DNA from: an uncultured Chloroflexia bacterium
Lineage (GTDB): Bacteria > Chloroflexota > Anaerolineae > Anaerolineales > UBA4823
NCBI GenBank assembly: GCA_963765565.1
Contig: CAVXWV010000013.1
Span: 172,705-236,704, forward strand
DNA: 64,000 nt
Direction: 5' to 3'
Of the stretch, positions 60,174-64,000 are shown in pieces. How positions within the stretch are numbered: the first letter of the stretch is position 1; every line of letters starts with the position of its first letter. The position numbers and the translations under genes are program-made. The notes beneath the pieces were generated by a model. The model made no database searches and was not told the origin of the DNA. It was given only the letters and a program-made list of their open reading frames with translations.

Positions 60174-60427
60174 AGAGTTCTGAGGATTTTACCATTTCTC
60201 GGTATTGCATTTCGCCACATCGTCCGGTTCATCAATTTAAAAATTGGGGGCGATTACTAATTACCGCAACTACAATTTGGGGGATTTTTTGAGGAGGCGA
60301 AATTCGAAGAAAACAAATACGTCTAAAACCGGTTGACAAAGTCTTTTTTGGCGCGATACTAAAGGCAACAAATGAGCAGGGGAGTGAGGCCCTTGCTCTT
60401 CTATTTTATACGCCAAAGGAGGCAACC

Positions 60428-61562
60428 ATGAAAGCCTTTTATATCAAGGCCCTTGTTGTATTCCTGGTGGTCCTGGCAGTCAGCCTGGCCCTGGCAAGCT
60501 GCCAGCCCCCAGGACCAGACTATACCTGCGTCGACCGCACAGCAGAGGCCGAGCCGCCGCCCTTCGACCTGCCGAAGCTGATGGCGGCAGGTGAAAATCC
60601 CGACGAAATACCAGTGGAACCCGGCAAGCCGCTCGAACCGCTCTGCCCGGAAGGGCAGGTACCGGTGGCGAAGTTGATCAAGCCTGGCCTGCCCAAGGGC
60701 AACCCGCTGCTGCAGAGTCAACACGCTGCAGCTCGAGGTGGGGCAGACGCTGGACGATTTTATGATGAACAACCTGCGCCCGATCGAGGAAGTCTATTGG
60801 AAAGGGCGCGGCGAAGAAGGGAAACCGCCCATCTTACCGCCCGATCCTGACGGCAAGTGCGACGGGATCACGAACTCGGGCGCCTGCTATTATTACGCCT
60901 CGGCCTCCTTCCGCAGCGAGGCGGACGGCGGAGGCATGACCATGTCAGTCGAACGCCCGGTTTACGTCAACACCGGCGGCTCCGGTCACACCTTGTGCGA
61001 ACTTGCCGTCCAGGGGGGCACGGGTGATGGCAATATCATCGAGATCGGTTGGAACGTTTCCAGCGACCAGTATTCCAACGCCAATCCCCACATTTTTGTC
61101 TTCCATTGGATCGGCTGGACACCCACCTGCTACGATGCCTGCAACTGGCAGCAGTACAGCAGCACCTACCACCCCGGCCAGGATATCAACTCGCTGGTGG
61201 GGCGGCTTGTTTACATCGGTTACGTCTACTACCAGGGCAACTGGTGGGCGTGGTTCGACAACCAGTGGATGGGCTACTACCCAGGGTCGGAATGGAAGAA
61301 TGAATATAAGCGCAGCAACCTGATCCAATGGTTCGGGGAGGTGGCCACCCACAACGGCATCCCACCGAAGACGGATATGGGAAACGGGCGCTTTCCTACC
61401 GATGAGAATGCAGCCCGGATCATGACACTTTGCGACGTCAACGCCAGCGATTGGGTCTGCTGGTATCGCGACCAGCAGAGCCTGGGAGCGACAAAACCGG
61501 AATATTACGATATCGCGTGGATCGGGTTCGGCGCAGCGCGGTATGGAGGGCCTGGGGAGTAA
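60428..61562 (+). pseudogene. Secreted neprosin-family (DUF239, glutamic peptidase G3-like) protein; frame break at about 60715-60722
   Basis: Lipoprotein-like signal LVVLAVSLALASC in ORF 60428-60850. The domain text is in ORF 60738-61562: IIEIGWNVSSDQY...IFVFHWIGW...CYDACNWQQYS...YYQGNWWAWFDNQWMGYYPGSEW...WFGEV...MGNGRFP. Confidence 0.65.
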
Positions 61563-61664
61563 GAACAGGGAAAGGGTGCGCCCAGGACCAGGATAGCCTT
61601 GACTTCGACGGTGACCTCGATCCCGCCGAAGATTCTGAATTTTTAACCAGTGGCGGATATTGCA

Positions 61665-61857
61665 TCAGTCGAGGAAAAGGCCCGGCTCTGAAAGCCATAC
61701 CTCGCCAAGCAATCCTTTCTGTACCCCAGGTTGGATCAACTGCTGCAGCATATCGTCCATTTCCTGAGGTGAATAAGGCATTTTGTTATCCAGCCACCAG
61801 CGAAGCATCGCGACGAATTGGGCAATTACGGGGAGTTCATCGGTTAAAAGGATTCTC
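61665..61857 (-). pseudogene. Possible remnant of a TetR-family regulator C-terminus
   Basis: Open frame reading ...ELPVIAQFVAMLRWWLDNKMPYSPQEMDDMLQQLIQPGVQKG..., which resembles TetR C-terminal domains. No HTH-encoding part is present. Confidence 0.25.
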
Positions 61858-61861
61858 TGGC

Positions 61862-62318
61862 TTACCTGCCTTTAGCCACATCCAACCTGCACCACGCATA
61901 CAAGGCGTCATAAACATCGAATTGGTGCTCGAGATTCTCCAAATCCTCCGGGAAACGCAGGCTGAAGCCGCTGGCAATCGCTTCCAGGCCTCGCGCAAGC
62001 GGATCAGTGTCCATGTCTTTGGCAGACATCCGCGGCATGGACGATCTTCGCCAGGCGCAGCAACCCGGGTTCTTTCAGCTCATATTTCATGATAATCGAT
62101 TCAAACGAGCAGCGTCCTGGCGCTGTTCCATCGCCGCCGTGATGACCCAGCTCGACGCCGGCAGCATCGAAGGGGATAGCGCCAGTCTCTTGGACCACAC
62201 GCTCAATTTCGCAGGCTGGTACAAAGAAAAACTCGGCATCACTGTCAATAAAGCGCGTGATTAACCAGGGGCAGGCGACACGGTCGACGTGGACGTGGGA
62301 TCGGGTTACCCATTTCAT
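61862..62318 (-). pseudogene. ChrB C-terminal-domain (chromate-resistance-like) protein; frame break at about 62018
   Basis: MKWVTRSHVHVDRVACPWLITRFID... lies in ORF 62004-62318. It continues in another frame as ...DMDTDPLARGLEAIASGFSLRFPEDLENLEHQFDVYDALYAWCRLDVAKGR* ending at 61862. The break is in an A-run. Confidence 0.65.
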
Positions 62319-62321
62319 GAT

Positions 62322-63633
62322 TTAGTCTCCTTGTTGTACTGTCTGAAGTTGTTCTTCCGGGGGTCTCACCGCACGGAAGTTGATATATAGTGCCAGGTCA
62401 TAGATGATTTTCAGGCTGCCTGAGAGGATCAGGGGCATTCCCAGGAAAGCCGGGTTGGACATGAACAGGCCGGTGAATACCGGCGAGAGGGAGGCTCCAA
62501 CTGTGCGTGCCACGCCGGTGATGCCCGAAGCCGCCGAGCGCTCATCGGGAGCGACGACCGCCATGGTGTAGGACTGGCGGGTGGGCACATCCATCTGTGA
62601 AATGCTGAAGCGCAACAGCAGCAGGGCAACTGCCAGGCCCAGGCTGGGCATGAAGGGTACCAGGATCAGGAGGATATTGGACGGCAGGTGGGTGAAAACC
62701 ATCGTGTTGATCAAGCCGATCTTGCCGGCGACCCAGGCGGCGCTGAGGGCTGAGATACCCGCCAGGATATTGGCGCCAAAAAAGATCGCACCCAGCACTG
62801 CAGGCTCGACGCCGAATTTCTGGTTGAACCATAACGCCATCAGGCTCTGGACCACGAACCCCCCTGCGAAAGCATCCAGGCTAAAGAGCGCCGCCAGGCG
62901 GAAGACGACTTTCTGCGAGCGGTGCAATCCCAGGAAGCGGCGTGAGGCGGGAACGCCGCCAGCCTGGCCGGCAGCAGAAGGTCTAGCCACTTCTGCCGGG
63001 ACTTCAATGGCCGGTGAAAGGCGGGTGAAAATGACCATCAAGAGCATTCCAACCAGCCCGTATCCCAGGACGACCACCCGGTAGCTTAAGAGCGGTTCGA
63101 CTCCCCACCCTTGCAGCAACTGGCTCAAACCCCCGCCAGTCAACGCTCCCAGGGCAGTGGCGAAGGAACCTGCCAGGTTGTACCAGGCGAAAGCCTGGGT
63201 GCGTTTCTGATCCGCGACAAGCTGCGCAAGCGAGGCCTGCTCAATGGACAGGAACGGCCCGACCTCGTTGCCGCTGGGGCTGATCACACCGATCATCGCC
63301 GCCGCCAGGAGCAGGTAGTAATTCCGGGTGGCCGCGAAGAGAACCGCTGCCAGGACCATCAGCAGAGGCCCCGGCAACGAGCATGCGTCGCCTGCCAACG
63401 CGGTCGGCATGGGTCGTGATCCAAAGAGAAATGATTGTATCCCCGAGCAAGGTAAGACTGAGCAGCAGCCCGATTTTGACCTCGCTCAGCCCGAGCTCGC
63501 TCAGGTAAAGCGCCAGGATAACCGAGAGTAGACCGTAGCCAAACAGGCGCAGGATGCGGGTGCTGAAGAGGCGGTGGAAATCGATTGATACCTGCTGGTT
63601 CTCGAAGCCATGCTGGCGCTGGCTTACTGCCAT
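62322..63633 (-). pseudogene. MFS transporter; frame break in the G-run at about 63377-63380
   Basis: Fragments 63241-63633 and 62322-63410. Removing one G from GCCGGGGCC restores ...GRRRMLVAGPLLMVLAAVLFAAT.... Confidence 0.7.
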
Positions 63634-63648
63634 GGTGCAAACCTATTT

Positions 63649-64000
63649 TCAGGCGGATTCCTGGATTATGTCCGCGAAAATTTCGTATTTTCCCGCTTGC
63701 AGCAGCGAAACCAAGTCGCCGTCTGCCTGCGGACACCCGGTAAAAATGTTGTAATATCGTCCCAGGCGCTCGGGGGTGTGGGCATCGGAGTTGCTCAGCA
63801 GCGGCACCTGCAGGCGAGTAGCCAGCTCGCGGATCCTGCTCTCGTCATCGAGGGCGGTGTTGGGTGAGTAAACCTCGATGGCGTGCGGCTTGAGCTGCTC
63901 GAGGACTTGATATAGGTTACTTTTATAACGATATGGATGCGCCCAGGCCATGAAGCCGTTGCGTGCCAGAACCCAGGGATGGAAATCGCGGTAGCGCCAA
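63649..64000 (-). CDS. PHP-domain phosphoesterase-like protein (5' end off window)
   Basis: LSNSDAHTPERLG motif. The frame stays open upstream of the listed ATG (63951) to the window end. Confidence 0.5.
   Translation of the reverse strand, partial: WRYRDFHPWVLARNGFMAWAHPYRYKSNLYQVLEQLKPHAIEVYSPNTALDDESRIRELATRLQVPLLSNSDAHTPERLGRYYNIFTGCPQADGDLVSLLQAGKYEIFADIIQESA

Noticed and set aside
1-64000. Programmed ribosomal frameshifting as the explanation for the many frame breaks
   Set aside because: The breaks occur in unrelated gene families without shared slippery heptamers or downstream structures. They go in both directions and are often repaired by changing a homopolymer length by one. The IS transposases, where programmed frameshifting is common, are single intact ORFs.
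1-64000. Prophage, defence-system or secretion-system hallmarks, and tRNA/rRNA genes
   Set aside because: Reading all ORFs of at least 60 aa and all spacers, I found no integrase, capsid/terminase, nuclease-helicase, TIR/SIR2, restriction or toxin-antitoxin signatures. I also saw no cloverleaf-like or rRNA-like sequence. Small RNAs cannot be excluded without covariance-model searches.

Overview
High-GC (roughly 58-62% by eye) bacterial chromosomal segment. Its style fits Chloroflexota/Anaerolineae-type genomes, but the taxon is only a guess. I support about 45 protein-coding genes, two IS elements, several palindromic or tandem repeats, and a few promoter/terminator candidates. I saw no rRNA, tRNA or CRISPR array. 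Minus-strand genes at 1-11.9 kb form one tight operon: pepF, an MFS transporter fused to a cyclic-nucleotide-binding domain, an HPt protein, a REC-adenylate/guanylate cyclase, and a giant TPR + >=10xGAF sensor that runs off the window start. This candidate self-contained cNMP signalling circuit is my best candidate for an undescribed system. The rest is rich in proteolysis and peptide uptake (tldD/pmbA, opp-like ABC operon, M20, creatininase-like, S9, two S8 subtilases, a neprosin-family peptidase) and glycan degradation (GH38-like, two GH28, sulfatase). An IS-bounded accessory stretch at 36-47 kb holds uncharacterised genes. Twelve genes carry 16 single-nucleotide frame breaks and one in-frame stop, so this is either an indel-prone assembly or real gene decay. 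Other structures include a 91-bp tandem triplication that encodes the C-terminal tails of two convergent genes on both strands, an intrinsic terminator inside the opp leader, and families of intergenic palindromes. All domain calls come from motifs read by eye, and no database search was run.
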